Shown: in pieces, positions 24,961 through 38,859 of the stretch | Position numbering within the stretch: the first letter of the stretch is position 1 | How the letters are laid out: the number at the start of each line of letters is the position of its first letter | Source: Lama guanicoe | Taxonomy: Eukaryota | NCBI GenBank assembly: GCA_013239625.1 | Contig: MU054117.1 | Span: forward strand, 4,082,677-4,146,676 | DNA: 64,000 nt | Direction of reading: 5' to 3' | Translations under genes and position numbers: made by a program | Notes under the pieces: model-generated | The model's database searches: none | The model's input: the letters and a program-made list of their open reading frames with translations, nothing else | What the model was told of the DNA's origin: nothing

Positions 24961-26929
24961 CAAGGAAGCAAATCCTGGCCGTGTCTTGGAGTTAGACCGC
25001 TAACGGCAGCATTAACAGAGTGCACTCAGCCCCAGGGCAGGAGTACCCCACTCTCACCAGCGGGTCCCTGGAGGTTCCAGAGATTCATGACCCCTGGGCT
25101 TGCCTTGAAGAATAAGTAAAGAAGCATCTGAAGGTTTGCTATGCGGTTGATAATGAAGATCTTTCCTGCAAATCCACTGATCCAAACTCACAAACTACTT
25201 AGGAAATAAAGACAAGGAGTGGAATTCCCTTTCAATCCACACAGTCACCTGGGGTTTATATAATGGGTTGGGCTCAGTTCAGAAACCCTGGAAGTCATCA
25301 CAGGAAAGGGCAGGCTGGAAGTCACGGCTTAAGCATTAAGAGTTCACTGCAGACAAATCGACGCAGCACCAGGACAGATCTGCAAGGCACGTTTTCTTCA
25401 TTTCTTTGTGATTAAGGGAGGCTCAGTCCCCACTTTTCCTCACTCCCACATGCACTGTGAAATATTAACTCCCTTCAGATGGAGAAGGGGGAACAATGAC
25501 TTCTTGAGAGTCCTGCCACTCAAAACCTCAAAGTCTAGTTGTAACAGCTGATCTCAGGTTGAGAGCAGGATACAGACCAGTCCATAAGCAGCCCTCTTCG
25601 CTGCCTGAGAAACAGAGGCTAGGGTGGTGGGAGCCTTCAGGTGTGAACCCTGCTGGTGGCCACAGGACAAGGCAAGAGAACGTGTTCCCAAGGCCACACA
25701 CCTCGTAATCGATGAAGCTGGGAAACAAAGGTAGTTTCTGACGCCAACCAAGTTCAAGGTCCTTTCAGCATACAAAAATGCAAATATTCAACTCCAACGC
25801 CACAGCGTCCCTCCCCCTGCGCAGCTGCCCTCATGCACCTGAGGTTTCCTTTACTGGATCTTCTCCAATCTGATTTTTGGTCTTCTTGTCCAAGAATGAA
25901 CTTTTATTGAGACTAGCATCTCTATCAATCTACACAGGTATTTTCCCTTTCCAAAGTATCTCCATCCATGGACACGGGACTTCCGTGGCTGGGGGGACCA
26001 CAGCTGTTCCCAATGTGTTCTGTGTCACTGCTCCTGTCTGCCCTGCATTTGTGGCACCTCAACAGTCATCAGTGGACCGAGTTCAGATTCTTAAAAGCAG
26101 AGAGAATTGAATTTGTGAGATCTACTGATTCCTTTCTGATTTTCAGAGAAACATCTGGCAAATTCCAGCAAACGTTTGTTGAGTGAACAAACAAATGGCC
26201 TGGCTTACTACACTTGTTTACTTTTTCCATCTGCAAAATGGGACGTGAAGGCCAGTCATTCATGCCTCCTTCCTCCCATCCATCCTCCCATCTACCCATC
26301 TGGGCTGGGGTAATGCAGTCAGGGAGGCAAAAGGGCAGTGAAAATCGTTAAGATTGAAGAGAAGCTCCCCAGCATCACATCACTAAGGACCTCTGTTTGC
26401 TATCCTCCTTTGCTCTTACATCTTCCCAAAGGGCTGAGGAAAAGCCAAGGAAAAGAACACACAAAGGGGTTTCTGGAGTTTGAGAAAAAGGAAATAACAG
26501 AGAAAGGAGAGAAAAACAAACATGCAAACTCTATGGACCCATAATTGGGCTACGGGTGAGCAACAAAGTTGACTCTGAGCTTCCTGGTTGAAAGAGCAAG
26601 AAGGGAAATGGGAAAGTGATCAAGATCTCAGTATTTTAACCTGAAATACTGCCTCCATTCATCCACTCACTCAGTCACTCCTCATTCATTTCTCAAGCAC
26701 TGACTGGGCCCCTCCTACACGTCAGGAGCCTTCCAGGTGTGCTACCCAAAAGCACTCTTGCCTCTTCTCATAAGTCTCCACGGGGAAAGGGACTCCAGGA
26801 CAGATAATGACAAGCAATGTGTGCTTCCAGAGAAAAGGAGAGACATGACCTGTGAGTCACCCTCCTTCCCAGAAATACTGGGATGAGATCCTAGATGCTG
26901 CCTGAATTGCGTTCAAATGGCATTTGGAG

Positions 26930-27440
26930 AAGATGGCAGGTGCCTGATTATCCAGAGGGATGACTCAGTTTGTATAAACAGGATGGCTTGGGGAGAGGAA
27001 TTTCCTGGTTCTTTCAGCCATTGCCTTGGAGTGCACACTCTTAGAGTTCTGCGACAGGACAGGCAGGCTTCTGTGCTGATGTGCAGATATTCTGGAATAT
27101 TTCATGGCTTACTGCTAAGGCAGCCTTGGGTCTAGCTTTATACATGAGTCTCTCTTAGAAACTTGGAAATCACCCAATGTGGTCCTTACTATCCATGACC
27201 AAAGAATATGAGCATTGGAAGGCATCTTGGGTATCACCCAAGGCTCTGTCTGAGCCTCAGTCCCCTCTACTCTGTCTTCAATAAGTGGCCATTGTTCTTT
27301 GATCACTTCCAGGGCAGGCTGCTCGATGATGTCTGGAGCCAGCTCTTTCCATTGCTCTTTATTCTCTGTCTCATTTGCAAGTCACTGAGACTGTGGGGCA
27401 TTTGTTACAAAGCATTACCACAGCACTAGCTATTACTAGG
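26930..27440 (+). mobile_element. Degraded old MaLR (MLT1) LTR
   Basis: 3' motif aagtcactgagactgtggggcatttgttacaaagca. The 5' boundary is uncertain. Confidence 0.45.
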
Positions 27441-30400
27441 GGTATTTGGCCTGAACTACCCAGATAATTTTACAAGTCCATCGATATGTATTGCTGGAAG
27501 AGACCTGCCCTTAGGAGGAGCGCATTCTCTAATTAAAAACACCTCAAAATAAGGAATCTTGGCCCCTGGCTGGGAGGGGAAGGAGGCAGACTGTCTCAGC
27601 CAAATCAGTATCACCAAGGTGTCTGCAGAGCTTTGATAAACAGTGATGTCTGCTGAATCAGCTAGTCGCTTTGTCTTCAAGGCCCTCAATACAGGAGCAC
27701 TTCTTACACATTCTTCTTCCTTCACCACCAAACACTTATTGAGCACCTAGTGTGTGCCAGGCCCTGTGGTTAGGGGCTGTGAATGAATACGATACAAATC
27801 TTGCCCTCGAGACAAGTTCCCATCACAATTTAGTGGATAACATGAAGTTAGTCACTTACTTATTTGATAAAACGGTGATAAAACTTTATCAAGAGATTCC
27901 TTTGGAACACGTCACTAAACTCCTCCTACGGGATTAAATTCCAACTTGCATCTTTGCGCCAAATTCCACCCTGCAGAAGTCAAAGGCGGCGAGGGCCCAG
28001 AGAACTTAGCTTGCAGCTTTTAAAGCAACTAAAGAATTTCCTCTCATCAGGCCTGGAGGAAAACTCCACAACCGGGCCGCGCGGGGTCTGCGGCCAAGAA
28101 GCTTTGAAGCCCTCTTCTGGGGTTGGGGACAGTGATGATTAATGTCACGGCCTGCTCCTGAGCCAGCACCCTTCCCTCCCCTCGGGGCTGGGGGAGGGGG
28201 ACGACCCTGGAAGTCCTTCTCAGTAAGCTCTTCAGGAAAAGGGTTTGATATCGGAGATTCCCTCGAAAGCCTGCTGCTCCCCTCACAGCTTTTTCCAGTC
28301 TAATCCCTCATTCTCAGGTTTCCCTTTGTCTGGAGTCAGCCCAGAGCCACCACCAAGCCTGCCCAATCTCTCCCTGCCGCCTCCCTCAACTGATGACCTG
28401 CCTCACCATCACGACTGAAGGCCCGGGGCGGCCCGGCGCACTTCCTGTCGCCGTGGGTGGTCGCGGCACCACCGGGAGGGGGGCTGACAGCTGAGAGCGG
28501 CCGGATCGCCGTGTCAGGCACACCGGAGGGCCCGGGCAGCTTCGGTTTCACGGCTCTCATTTTTTGTTCAAAGCCTAAAGCAAGGGCCTTTCTGGGACTG
28601 GGGAGGGCCAGCCCAGCGGGGAGGAAAGAGGAAACCTCGCTCCAGCCCAGGCCGCCACTGCAGCCCCAGTCCCCGCAGGTCCGGGGGAGACTCCCCTGTG
28701 GAAAGGTCTGGGAAAGGCTCAGGCCTCAGTTCCACTCCTGGGCCTCTGGGGTGACCTGAAGCAAGTCGTATCACGCTCGGGGCCTCTTGGCTTCGAGGTG
28801 CCTCGAGCTGGTACGTGTGAACCAGGATGTCAGCACTGGAGGGGACCCTGGGGGTTACCTGATCCTTCACTCTCGTCAAGACACTCCATGAAAGGCGATT
28901 CCGCACAGCGCTCACGCCTCCTGGGGTCGCCAGGTTTTGTGCCTGCAGAACACTCCCCGCTCCCTCACCCCAAAATAATCTAGAAATGTGAGGAAGCGGG
29001 GGTGACACTGACCCTGTTTTACCTTATAGTTAAAACCCACGGTAGCAGCAGTAGCGCGTTACTGGTGACACGCCACACAACTGGTTTTGCCCGCAGGCCC
29101 GCGGGGCTACACCTCCGCCAGAAAAGCCCATCGGCGGCCTGACGCCCCGGGCCGCCCAGGAGGAGACGAGGCCGAGCGACGCCGAGACGCGCCCAAGGTC
29201 CCGCTGCTGGACGCACACCCGAGACCCCTGACACCCGGGGGAAGATGGGGTGGAGAGAGGCTGCTCCCTCCGCCTTACAGCGGTCATCCGAAGAGCAAAG
29301 GGGCTTGGAAGACAGGGGCGCAGAGACATCAGAAATCATGGTATGACCCCCGCCCCCGAGTCTTACTGATCCACGCAAAGGGCAGAGCCATTGCCTCCAA
29401 CAAGCTCTTGACGTCTGTGGACTTCGGGCTTCCCTCCCGCCAAGCCCCTTGCCAGCGCGCTACCTGCGAGCAGCAAGGACGGGTTCACATTACGCCTTCT
29501 CTTATTTCCCTGTCTTACTCCCTGGAAAGGAGCCCTGAAGAGGCCTGGGCTGGGGGAGGGGAGAAGGCAGAAGCGAAGGGGAGGGCGGGGGCTGGGGCTG
29601 AAAGGAGGAGGAGGCAGAGAAAGAGAAAAAGGCTGACCACCATCCTTGAGAACCCACTCACTGGACTGTCAGCCTGTTATAAACGCGAATTGACACCAGC
29701 ATGACTGGAAGTCAGAATGTTTCAGCCTGGATACGGCAAAGCTGGAGAAAGGACACCCTCATTTACTCAGCTGCCCCTTTGCAGTTTACCCAGGATGCTT
29801 TCAGGGCCCACGCAGAGCCCTGCGAGTCGAGGAAGCTGCCCTCAGAAATCAGTTACCCATGGGCATCGCTGTCTTGGGAGGCAGCTTGTCTGGAACCCTG
29901 TGGAAGCGGGGAGGACGGAGGGGAGGGAAGGGAAAGGAAGGGGCCCTTTGAGAGGAGACAGAACTGGTTTGGGCCACGTGTGTGAGAAGGCACAGGGAAT
30001 CCCAGGGCCAGGGGGACACGCACGGTCAGGCAGAAAACGAGTGACGTGGGGGCTGTGGATGGGGAGTGGTCAGTGGGGTTCATTTTGGTAGGACTAAGAA
30101 TGTGTAAAAGAATCTAAAGCTAAATCAATGGAAAAGATGTCTTCCCGAGGCCTGTTTGGGATATGAGAACTCTGGGGGGTTTTAGACAACGGGTGGTGAG
30201 ACCACCACCACCCCACAAAGAATCAAGAAGGCAGGAGGACGCTGCTGCTGCTTGCAAGTGGCGGCACTGAGGGCGCAGCAGAGAAAGCAGTGGGCGCAGG
30301 AGGCGAAGGCGCCGACCGGAAGGGGGAAGCTTCCAGAGAAAGATCAAGCCGGCTGGAGGGGAGGTGTGGAGACAGCGAATGAGCAGTGGTGTCGCAGCTT

Positions 30401-31713
30401 CTCAGCCAGGGGCCCGGAGGGTGGGGAGACCGTGAGTGTGGCGGAGAACTCAGAAGGTCGTCAGGGAACCAGGTCTCCCAGCCTAAGGGCTGAGCAGTGG
30501 TAACCCCGGATGGATTCTCTCTCTGGCCTTGTGCTAAGTCTCCAGACCAGCCTGGGGATGCTCCCGTTTCCGGCGCAGAGTCTGTCCTGCCTCCGGAGGT
30601 GGCTGCTAAAACCCAAGGAAGTTTGGTGGCTGAGCAGCCACAGGCTGAAGGAAGAGCACACATAGCCCTCTAGGACAGTCCTCTGCGCGGCCACACGGGA
30701 GCTGCAAAGGCCCAGCCTGTCTGAAACCAGCAGAGGCGGCTGCATTGTTTTCTGCGCCAACGAGGCTCTTTCTTGCAACTGTCTGCCCATCTCTGTCTGT
30801 TGCCGTGAGACCCTGAGGTCCTGGAGGGCCGCCCCCCTGTGATGCCTCTGCGCCCGCAGGGCCTGACCCAGCACAGTCCCTCCCCAGGGGTGGGGGTCGG
30901 CCGGGAGGGGGCGCTGCGGAGGGCCGGCCATGGACCTGGAGTTGAGCTGATGTCCATCTAAGGGAGAGCACACACTCGGCCCCCGGGTCCCTGCTCGTGA
31001 CTGGGTCCCTGAAGGCAAAGGAGCAAATTCAAACCAGAAGTGACTTTCCTTGGAGGGAAACCTTGATGATACACACGGCTCACTTTGGTCTTGAGAGATG
31101 AAAATTGCTGCATATAAATGTATCCATGTATAAACACGCCCACCGTGAAAAGGGAGGCCGGCCCACGTGTCATGGGACGAAGAGCAGTGCGGCCTCTATT
31201 TCTCTGCCGCTGAAGGAAAGGGAGTCAGAGTGCCGCTCATTCGGGAAACAGTTCACTGAGCTCTCCCAGGAGCTGGGCTGGGCGCTGCGACCGAGAGCAG
31301 TAAGACTCAGCGTCCCCTCCCAGAGCAGCCCATTTCCTCCTGTAGCAGAGCAGGTGCAGGAGGGAGGAACCGCGGGTGCGAGAACTGGAAGATGCTCCTG
31401 AGAGACGGGTGAGCCTGAACAGCCCGGCAGGACCAGGCGGCAGGCGGACAGGGCAGGCTGGGACGCAAAGTGAGATCAGCAGACGCACTTGTGAGGACCC
31501 TATGCTGGGGTCTGAGCTTTACAGTAACTGACGTGGGTGGATTTTAAGCAGAAAAAAATACTAAGCTCTGAAGTGCATTTGAGAGAAGCTATTTTAAAAG
31601 GCGAGAAGGAAAAGGAGGAGAGGGAGTGAAAAAGGAAGCAGCTGGGATGCGTTTGCAGTCATTCCAAGGAGTGGCGAGGACTGACATGGAAATCCACAAC
31701 TCTTAGCAGGGAC

Positions 31714-32181
31714 TGTGGACGAAGGAAGTCACCTGCCCCACCAGTAAACAAAGGATGTCGCGGCCATCAAGCTGTCAGCCACTGCTGCCGCCCCAGCATG
31801 CGTCCTGAGGGGACTCAGGACGGAAAAAAAAACGGACACTGGCTCCAGGCAGTTAAGGTGCAGGTCAAAGGAACGCTTTCAATGAGCCCCGACTCTTGTA
31901 TCTTCCCAAACATAGAAAAGTGCTAAATTCATTAACTTGAGATGTCGTTTTACTTTAATTAACAGTAATTTTTTGATGTTCTGACTCCCTGTTTTTTGTT
32001 TTGTTTTGCAAAAACTTCTATATACCCTGGCTCCTCCCTTACCTCTTCGGAACAGACCCTCTGAGCTATCTAAGAGCCTGTCTCCCAGGCTGAAGTCCTC
32101 TGCATGTCTGCCTAGTAAGACATGTTCTCAGTGTTTAGGTGGTGTAGTTCTTTTGTTTTGTTTTGTTTTTTTCAGTTGACA
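31714..32181 (+). mobile_element. Solo LTR, ERV1-like, family Y copy 1
   Basis: tgtggac...cagtaaacaaaggatgt...tttcaatgagccccgactcttg...cagttgaca. Colinear with the copies at 34143 and 51082. Confidence 0.85.
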
Positions 32182-33129
32182 AGGCAAAGTCAGTGAGGTA
32201 AGGAGCCATGGATCAAAAAGGCCCCAGATCATGAGCATCCTTCTCCCCAGCCGGAGGTGATGCAGAGTCAGAGAGGAGTCTGGAGAAGGGGACGGGGTCC
32301 ACACCAACTCATGGATGCACATGCTGAGCCCTGAAGCTCAAATCTGCGATTTCACAAGACAACTTGGGTGCAGCTACAAGGGCGCTGATGCCTGGGTCTC
32401 CGTGGGGGACCTGCCCCGGGGGCTTCCAGCAGCTGGGTGATTCTTACGCGTCTTTGACGCTGGGCATGTCCTGAGAGCAGGGGAGACTGACAGCTCTCTG
32501 CCCTTCAAAAGAACGACCCGGCTTTCACTCCAGATAGACAAGGAAATGTGCGATTACAACACACCTCCCTTCGCCTCGAGTTTGACAGGCTTGTAAGCTT
32601 GTGATTAAGAAAAATGGGATTTCCTGTAATGATAATGTCAAAGACAAGGAGAAATCCATCTCTTCACCCATATTAACGGCCCCAGGGCCTCAAAGCTTGG
32701 GCTGCATTTAAGAAACCGGAAGAGGCTCTGCGGGGAGGGACGGATAACTGAATTCCTGAGTCAGGAAGACAATAGTGAATATTTTTTGGATGACTGGAGG
32801 AACAAAAGCTTGTGGGTTTTAGATACACAGATGACAAACAGAGCCCATCTGAGATGCTGGCCTTGACAAGGAGAGCCCTCAGGCCTGTGGCGTTTTCTAG
32901 AAGGACCAGCGTCTTGAAACGTTTGCATGTCAGGCCTCTGCGTGCCATTCTTAACTCTGCCCTGGCGTCTCGGACCCTCCGTCTTTAAACATCACTGCCC
33001 GACCTTACTCTCATGGGATGGGAAGACCCTCCAGGGCTCACTCCATTCAGGGGCTTCAGACCTTTTTTAGTCCACTCCTAGAGTAAAGAAAAAGAAACTG
33101 GCCTCCTGACACTAACGATGGCGGTGGAT

Positions 33130-33325
33130 ACCCACTGAGAGCGTGCACGGGCCCGGGCTGGTTTTTAGCTAATCTATACTCACATCCTCCTTCTCAGATG
33201 CCTCCTGTGAGGCTGGCGCTATTTTCACCAAACCCACTTCTCAGATGAGGAAACTGGGCGTGGCTGACTTTAAGCATCAGGCCCAGAGACCCGTAACCAC
33301 AGCGCGCTCAGGACTGGAAGCCCCC
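33130..33325 (-). mobile_element. MIR SINE (degraded)
   Basis: Core cccacttctcagatgaggaaactg. Confidence 0.6.
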
Positions 33326-34142
33326 CGCCCAGCCACACCGAGCCGCCACGGCTGGATGAAGGAAGCGTCTGGTAAAGTTCACCCTGCAGCCCAGTCTTTG
33401 ATTCTACATGGAAGCAAATACCCCTGAAGGGGCGAAGAGCATAATCCAGAGGTACCAGGAATGGAAGAAAGCTAACTTAGAAATGTGGTTCCTGTGAGGG
33501 AGGCAGGGAACTAGGGAACTGAAACTCAGGCCCATTAATGAGAGACGTCTTTAAACGTTCAAAATTAAAGAGCACCATGAAGGAACAGAAAGCCCTGACT
33601 GGGTCACACCTAGCAGACCTGGATCTAAGAGGCCGCACCGTTTCAGGGTCTTGCTCGCACGAGCCAGCTTGACCACATCGCGTTAGCGTGACTGCGGGGT
33701 CTGAGGGTCCCTCGCCACCTAATTCTGTGTCTGCGGAGCGTCTGTCCCACAGAGCAGAACAAGCTAGAAACCAAGCTGGGAAAGAGCAGCCAACGGGAAG
33801 AAGGCAAGAAACAGCAAAGCAGACAGAAAAAAGGCCCCTGTTAAGACCCTAAGAGCGGGAATTCTTACACCAGGTCACCTTGGCCCACGGCTGCCCTTCC
33901 TCTCGGGCAAGAAAGACCAGGGATTTTTTTTCTTCTTCACTCTACCCGTTGGCTCCACTGTGAATTCCTTCATGGTAGAAAGGCAAGAGTCCACGCCTTG
34001 GCGGTTTTCCCCATAGCGGCCCCTGCCCGCTAACACTCACACTTACATAAAATGTAAGATAAAACAGTCATGTCCCTAAAATGATGGATAACTTAGCAAA
34101 ACAGCCCAAAGAGTTCCGTGAGCGAGTGTCAGTGGGGCCCAG

Positions 34143-34586
34143 TGTGGATGGAAAATGCCGCCTGCCGTATCAGTAAACAGGATGTTGCAGCCATCAAGCC
34201 CTCAGCCACTGCAGCTGCCCCCACGGTGCCCCCCGAGGGGATCAGGATGGACAAAAGCAGGGCACTGGCCCTAGGCAGCTACAGTGCACCTCAAAGGGAT
34301 GACCCCACTGAGCCCAGACTCTTGCATCTTCCACATATATTAAAGCGCTACATTCCTTAACTTGAGGTGTCTGGTTTTCTTTAACTTACAGGCATCTTTG
34401 GGTGTTCCAACTACCTGGTTTTTGTTGCAAAAAACCTCCTATATATCCTGGTCCTCCCTGACCTCTTTGGAGCGGCCCCTCAGAGCTGTCCGAGAGGCCG
34501 TCTCCGGGCTTAAGTCCTCAGTTTAGTCCGCCAGATAAAATATGATTCTCAACTTCTAGGTTGTGCATTTTTTTTCCCAGCCAACG
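34143..34586 (+). mobile_element. Solo LTR, ERV1-like, family Y copy 2
   Basis: tgtggatggaaaatg...cagccaacg. 4-bp TSD ccag on both sides, TATA-like tatatat near 34440. Confidence 0.88.
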
Positions 34587-35249
34587 CCAGTTCGGAAAGC
34601 CCATGTGTGGTCCAGGCTTCCTTCGCCAAATGAGACTAAATCAACATCAGCCTGAATTGTTGGAGAGACTGTCCTGGTCTCCCAACTTGTTCCTCCCTTT
34701 GGGTGCCTGGTAAATGTCTCACAAATGAAAGAATGAATGAACAAGTGAATGAGTCCCCCGGTGTGTCCTCAGTCCTCTCTCAGTCTGCCTGGTCCCCTCC
34801 GGGACTCGCCCATTTCCTCGAGGGGAACAGAGTTCATACACAGGCACAGCCCTGACCCAGGCTCTACAACTGCTCCCTATGGCCTGATGCAAAGTGCAAA
34901 GCCGTCAGATCTTCCAGTTCTCCAATAACTCCTGGTCTTTCTCTGTTCCATCCCTACCCACAAACCACCATTTGCTTTGTCAACAGCTTCTCGTGGCCAC
35001 GAGACTCTTTGGACTTGCCAGACCTTTTCCTTGGAATGCTCCCCTTTACTCATCATTAGCGTGCAGACCCTCAGAACCAGAAGGGATCTCAGGAATTCTG
35101 CCCAGTCTCCTACCTGGAGACGGAAACCTTTGCAGAACATCCTGGACCCAACATCAACCAAGCCCTGCTTTGAAAATGATCCTTCATTTTCCACTTAAAG
35201 TTATTAAACGCTTACCCCTGTTAAGAAACCTTCCCTCATTAATAATAAA

Positions 35250-35600
35250 TGCATTCACTCACTCACTCGTCTTGGTTTATCAGACATACTGAGCGCCTGT
35301 CATGCACCAGGAAATGTGGTGGGCTCTGGGGGATGTGAAAAGCCATGGTCCCTACTTTCTGTTCTTTAGAACCTAATAGGTGGGTCTGCAGAAGAACAGA
35401 TGCATGAGCAACAGTATCATAATTCTGTAAGACCCACCATCCGTGTGTGCACAGAATGCAATGCTGGGACGGGAAATCAAACAGTTAATGACTCCTCTCA
35501 GAAGTCTAGGAAGACTTCCCAGAGGAAGCACCGTGAAAAGCTAAGGATGAGTCTGGAATATTCAGGTCAACAGGTGGAATGAGGTGGGCATGGAGGGCTG
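35250..35600 (-). mobile_element. L2 LINE relic
   Basis: cattcactcactcac...tactgagcgcctgtcatgcaccagg...ggaagacttcccagagga. Confidence 0.6.
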
Positions 35601-36522
35601 GGCATCTCAAGCTGACTGTACACCGAGCATTCTGTCTCATCACTTGACTTCAGGGTATTAAATAATTTGTACCTATTGGAAAGGTATTTCATACATTCTC
35701 TGTGGCCAAGAGAGTTGGTCTAAGCCTTTCAGAAAGCAACTCGGTAAAAAGAGGTCAAGAAGCAAACAACAGCAATACCTTAGATCTAGTCATGACACCT
35801 GGGGGGGTCTAGCTTGAGGAAATAATCAGTAACTGTGGAAAAGAGTGTATGCAGGAAGATAGTGCATGCTGGATCATTACAAGGGGGGAAGAACTGGAAA
35901 ATGAGCCTCCAACGCACTTCGCTGGAAGACAGATACATCAACTGCTCTGTTTATTAGAGAGAGAATTTATTCTACAGCTATTTTTTGGGATATTACGACA
36001 ACTTGGAAGTATTTACTCATATAATGCGAGATGAAAAAAAGAGAAACAAATATGGGCATGTGATCATAACTGTCTTTTAAAAATCACAAATATTTAAATG
36101 TTTTTAATGTTTGCTATTTAAAAATAACAAATGGGGCCTCAGGAATGGCACCAAAATGCTTATAGAAGTTGGGCTTGAATGAGAAAGCTTTGGGGAGACA
36201 TGTTCCTTTCTTTTCCTGATTTTCAAACTTTCTGTTTTGTGGTTGTTTTGTTCCCTTACAACCTGTAATAGTTTGCTTGTCTGTCTGTCTGTCTGTCCGT
36301 CTGTGTGATTCATGGAATGAATGTCACTCTCTACAATCCTGGTGTGACCTTCTTCCAGAAGTCACCGTCTTCTAGTTCCTGTTTGTCCCTCTTCTCGTCA
36401 CTTGGTAAGTGCCTCAGTCTGAGCACACAGAGTGTGTCTGCTCAGTGACAGCGGCTGACAAGGCGCAGCACATTTCCCTATGCCCTGCCCTCCCGGGGCC
36501 CCACGACCATTAGGAGAAACAC

Positions 36523-36717
36523 CAGCACTTGACACAGCTTTATGTGCTACACACTCTTCTCAGCACTTTACGGATATTAATTCATCAGATACAACAATCC
36601 TGTGAAGTGGAGCCACATGAAGGTTAGCCACTTACCCACAGCTGTCCAGCGAGTCGGTGACAGAGCCCGGATTTGAACCCAGGGAGTATGGCTCAAGCGT
36701 CTCTGCTCTTAACCACT
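36523..36717 (-). mobile_element. MIR SINE
   Basis: Reverse of the MIR consensus: gcactttacggatattaattcat...ggtgacagagcccggatttgaacccagg...gctcttaaccact. Confidence 0.8.
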
Positions 36718-38265
36718 CAGAAGAGGAAGCTCCGAGATAGCCAGCCCTCTGGACAGCCTGGCATGTAAAACCCACACACAGAACTGGGTGGACGGGGCGG
36801 GTGGGGGCGGGGATCTGGAGCTGGAGGATGGAAGCTCAGAGGCAGAGCTAAGGGCGTTCCAGTGCAAGCCCCTTCCTGCATGGAAGCCTCAATCTGGCAA
36901 CAGTTTCTCTCTGAGAGGACGGCAGACGCAGAGCGCCACCGGACACACGAGCAGTCGTCCCCGCGCATCTGGTTCCGTGCTGGGGAGGGGTTAGAGGTGG
37001 CCCTCAGCCAAGGGTGAGGCACACGGGGAGCTGTGTGTTTACACAAACTGGGTCTTGATGTTTTCTCTGCCTGTTGTCCCCGAGGCAGGCGTAATGACTG
37101 TTTGTCCCCTGGTGAGTTTATTCAGATTACAAAGCTCAGGCTTTGCCTGTAATTTCAGATACCCCAGGGCTAGAACAGAACTTCTGCGGCCATCTCACCT
37201 AGACCCTGTCCATCCCTCTACCGTTACAACACACACACACACATACAGACATTCTACAAATGGAAGAGGATAAATATCAATTAGAAATAATGAGCAAGAT
37301 ACCTGGGGCACAGAGAGCCACTGGTGGCCCCCGGTCAAAAGGGATTAACCAAAGGAGGCTGGAGCCATTATGCAAACACAGCGACAGGTCCAATGACAGT
37401 AAGTACTGAGTGGCTCTTTTGTGGGATCTGACTGATGTTCCCCCGTACACTCTAGATTGAGTAAATGTTTAGATGATGTGTCTGACCTCTTGGTCCTATG
37501 TTTTTAATTCATTAGTTCCAAGTCTTGGAAACAGGCTTCTCAAATATCCACCCCAGTGAAGGACCGGGGCTGCTCACCAGCAGCCACGCACCGGGAGGCA
37601 GCGGCTCCCAGCAGGGACGCCGCTCACAGCGGAGGGCTCACGGCTCCCAGCCGCGTCTGCGACGCCCGCGCCCCACGCACTCCCGCTTCCAGGCCTGAAC
37701 CAAGAGCAAACGGAGGCTCTGTAACTAGAAACCTTCCACTCACCCCCTGCAAAAAGCCTCCCCCACACCTTTAGGCATAAGCTGACATTTCACGCAGCCC
37801 TGCCTGACCAGAGTGGGGGAATCTTCGTGCATTCTCCCCGTCAAAGGTGCTTCTGTCCTTGTCCCCAGTGTCACGGGACTACTTTACTCCTCCTTAATGG
37901 AAACGCCATTCTTAAACTTCAGACGTCACTACTTCCGTCTCGGCTTTATCAATGATGGAACCCATGGGAAGGAAGCCGAGAGGCGGAACTTCTCATCTCA
38001 GAGATGAGGAGCGGAGGCCCAAGGAGAAGAGGGCATCGTCTGAGGATCAAGTCGGTGGTAAGATGCCCCTGGTTCTCATTCCCGGGCTCTCTCTGCCCCG
38101 CCCTCCCCATCTTCCATGTGGCACTGAAGGTGACACTGTGCAGCCATGAGGTCCAGGATGGGGCAGAGGCTGCCCCAGGCATTTCCCTGGCCCCCTCCCT
38201 TGCCCCGTTCCCTGACCCCTTATCTGAACCTGCCCCTGGTGGAAGGAAGGACCACAGGATCTTAC

Positions 38266-38411
38266 TCATCTCCATGTACTCTGGAGTCAGTCCAGTGTAC
38301 GGTTCCAAGCTGTAGTCCAGATCCCACTGCTCCGGATGCTTTGAATGGGCAGAATCAGCTTCTCCGGGCTCTGTCTCATCTTTCAGCTTCCGAAATAGTT
38401 TCTTTAGCTTT
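38266..38411 (-). CDS. ANO2: ANO2 coding exon E (TM6-7 loop, start of TM7)
   Basis: [48 protein letters not shown]. Acceptor tttcttttccag, donor A|gtaaga. 146 nt, phase 2->1. Confidence 0.97.
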
Positions 38412-38630
38412 CTGGAAAAGAAAGGGACCAGTCACCAAAAGCCTCTGGTGGACAAAGTCAGTTCTGCAGACAGAAAGGAGAAAAACAACAACAACTAAGT
38501 TCTGACACTGAAGCCGTCTCCAACAGAGGAACCCTAAGGTGATGCTTTTCTCTTAAAGACCATTCAAGGATGCTCTGTCAGCATAATAGAAGGTTCCCCC
38601 CAACAAAGGATCAGGTTTCTTCAAAGCCAG

Positions 38631-38705
38631 AGAAATTAACACAATGCTGTAACTCAACTATATTTAAATTTAAAAAAATGATAAAAAAGCAAAACCAAAA
38701 AAAAC
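38631..38705 (+). mobile_element. Short L1 3' terminal fragment with A-rich tail
   Basis: agaaattaacacaatgctgtaactcaactatattt followed by A-runs. Resembles the terminus of the L1 at 55358-55887. Confidence 0.6.
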
Positions 38706-38859
38706 AAGCAAGGGAAAAAAGACATCTCATTTGATTAGTGAGGTTGTCCGGCTGGGAAAGTGGATGCTTAAACAAGTGTCGTCGATGTCGTGCAATGAGT
38801 ATTAAAAAGGGAGAGATTTAGGGAATTATGAGAACATAAAACCAGGACACCTAACCCGG

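Noticed and set aside
25363..25377. REST/NRSE-like cagcaccaggacag (similar at 13891 and 47409)
   Set aside because: Half-site spacing is not the canonical 2 nt.
31714..34586. Two family Y LTRs 2 kb apart read as one deleted provirus
   Set aside because: The second LTR has its own ccag TSD on both sides, there is no primer-binding site after the first, and the spacer contains an old MIR.
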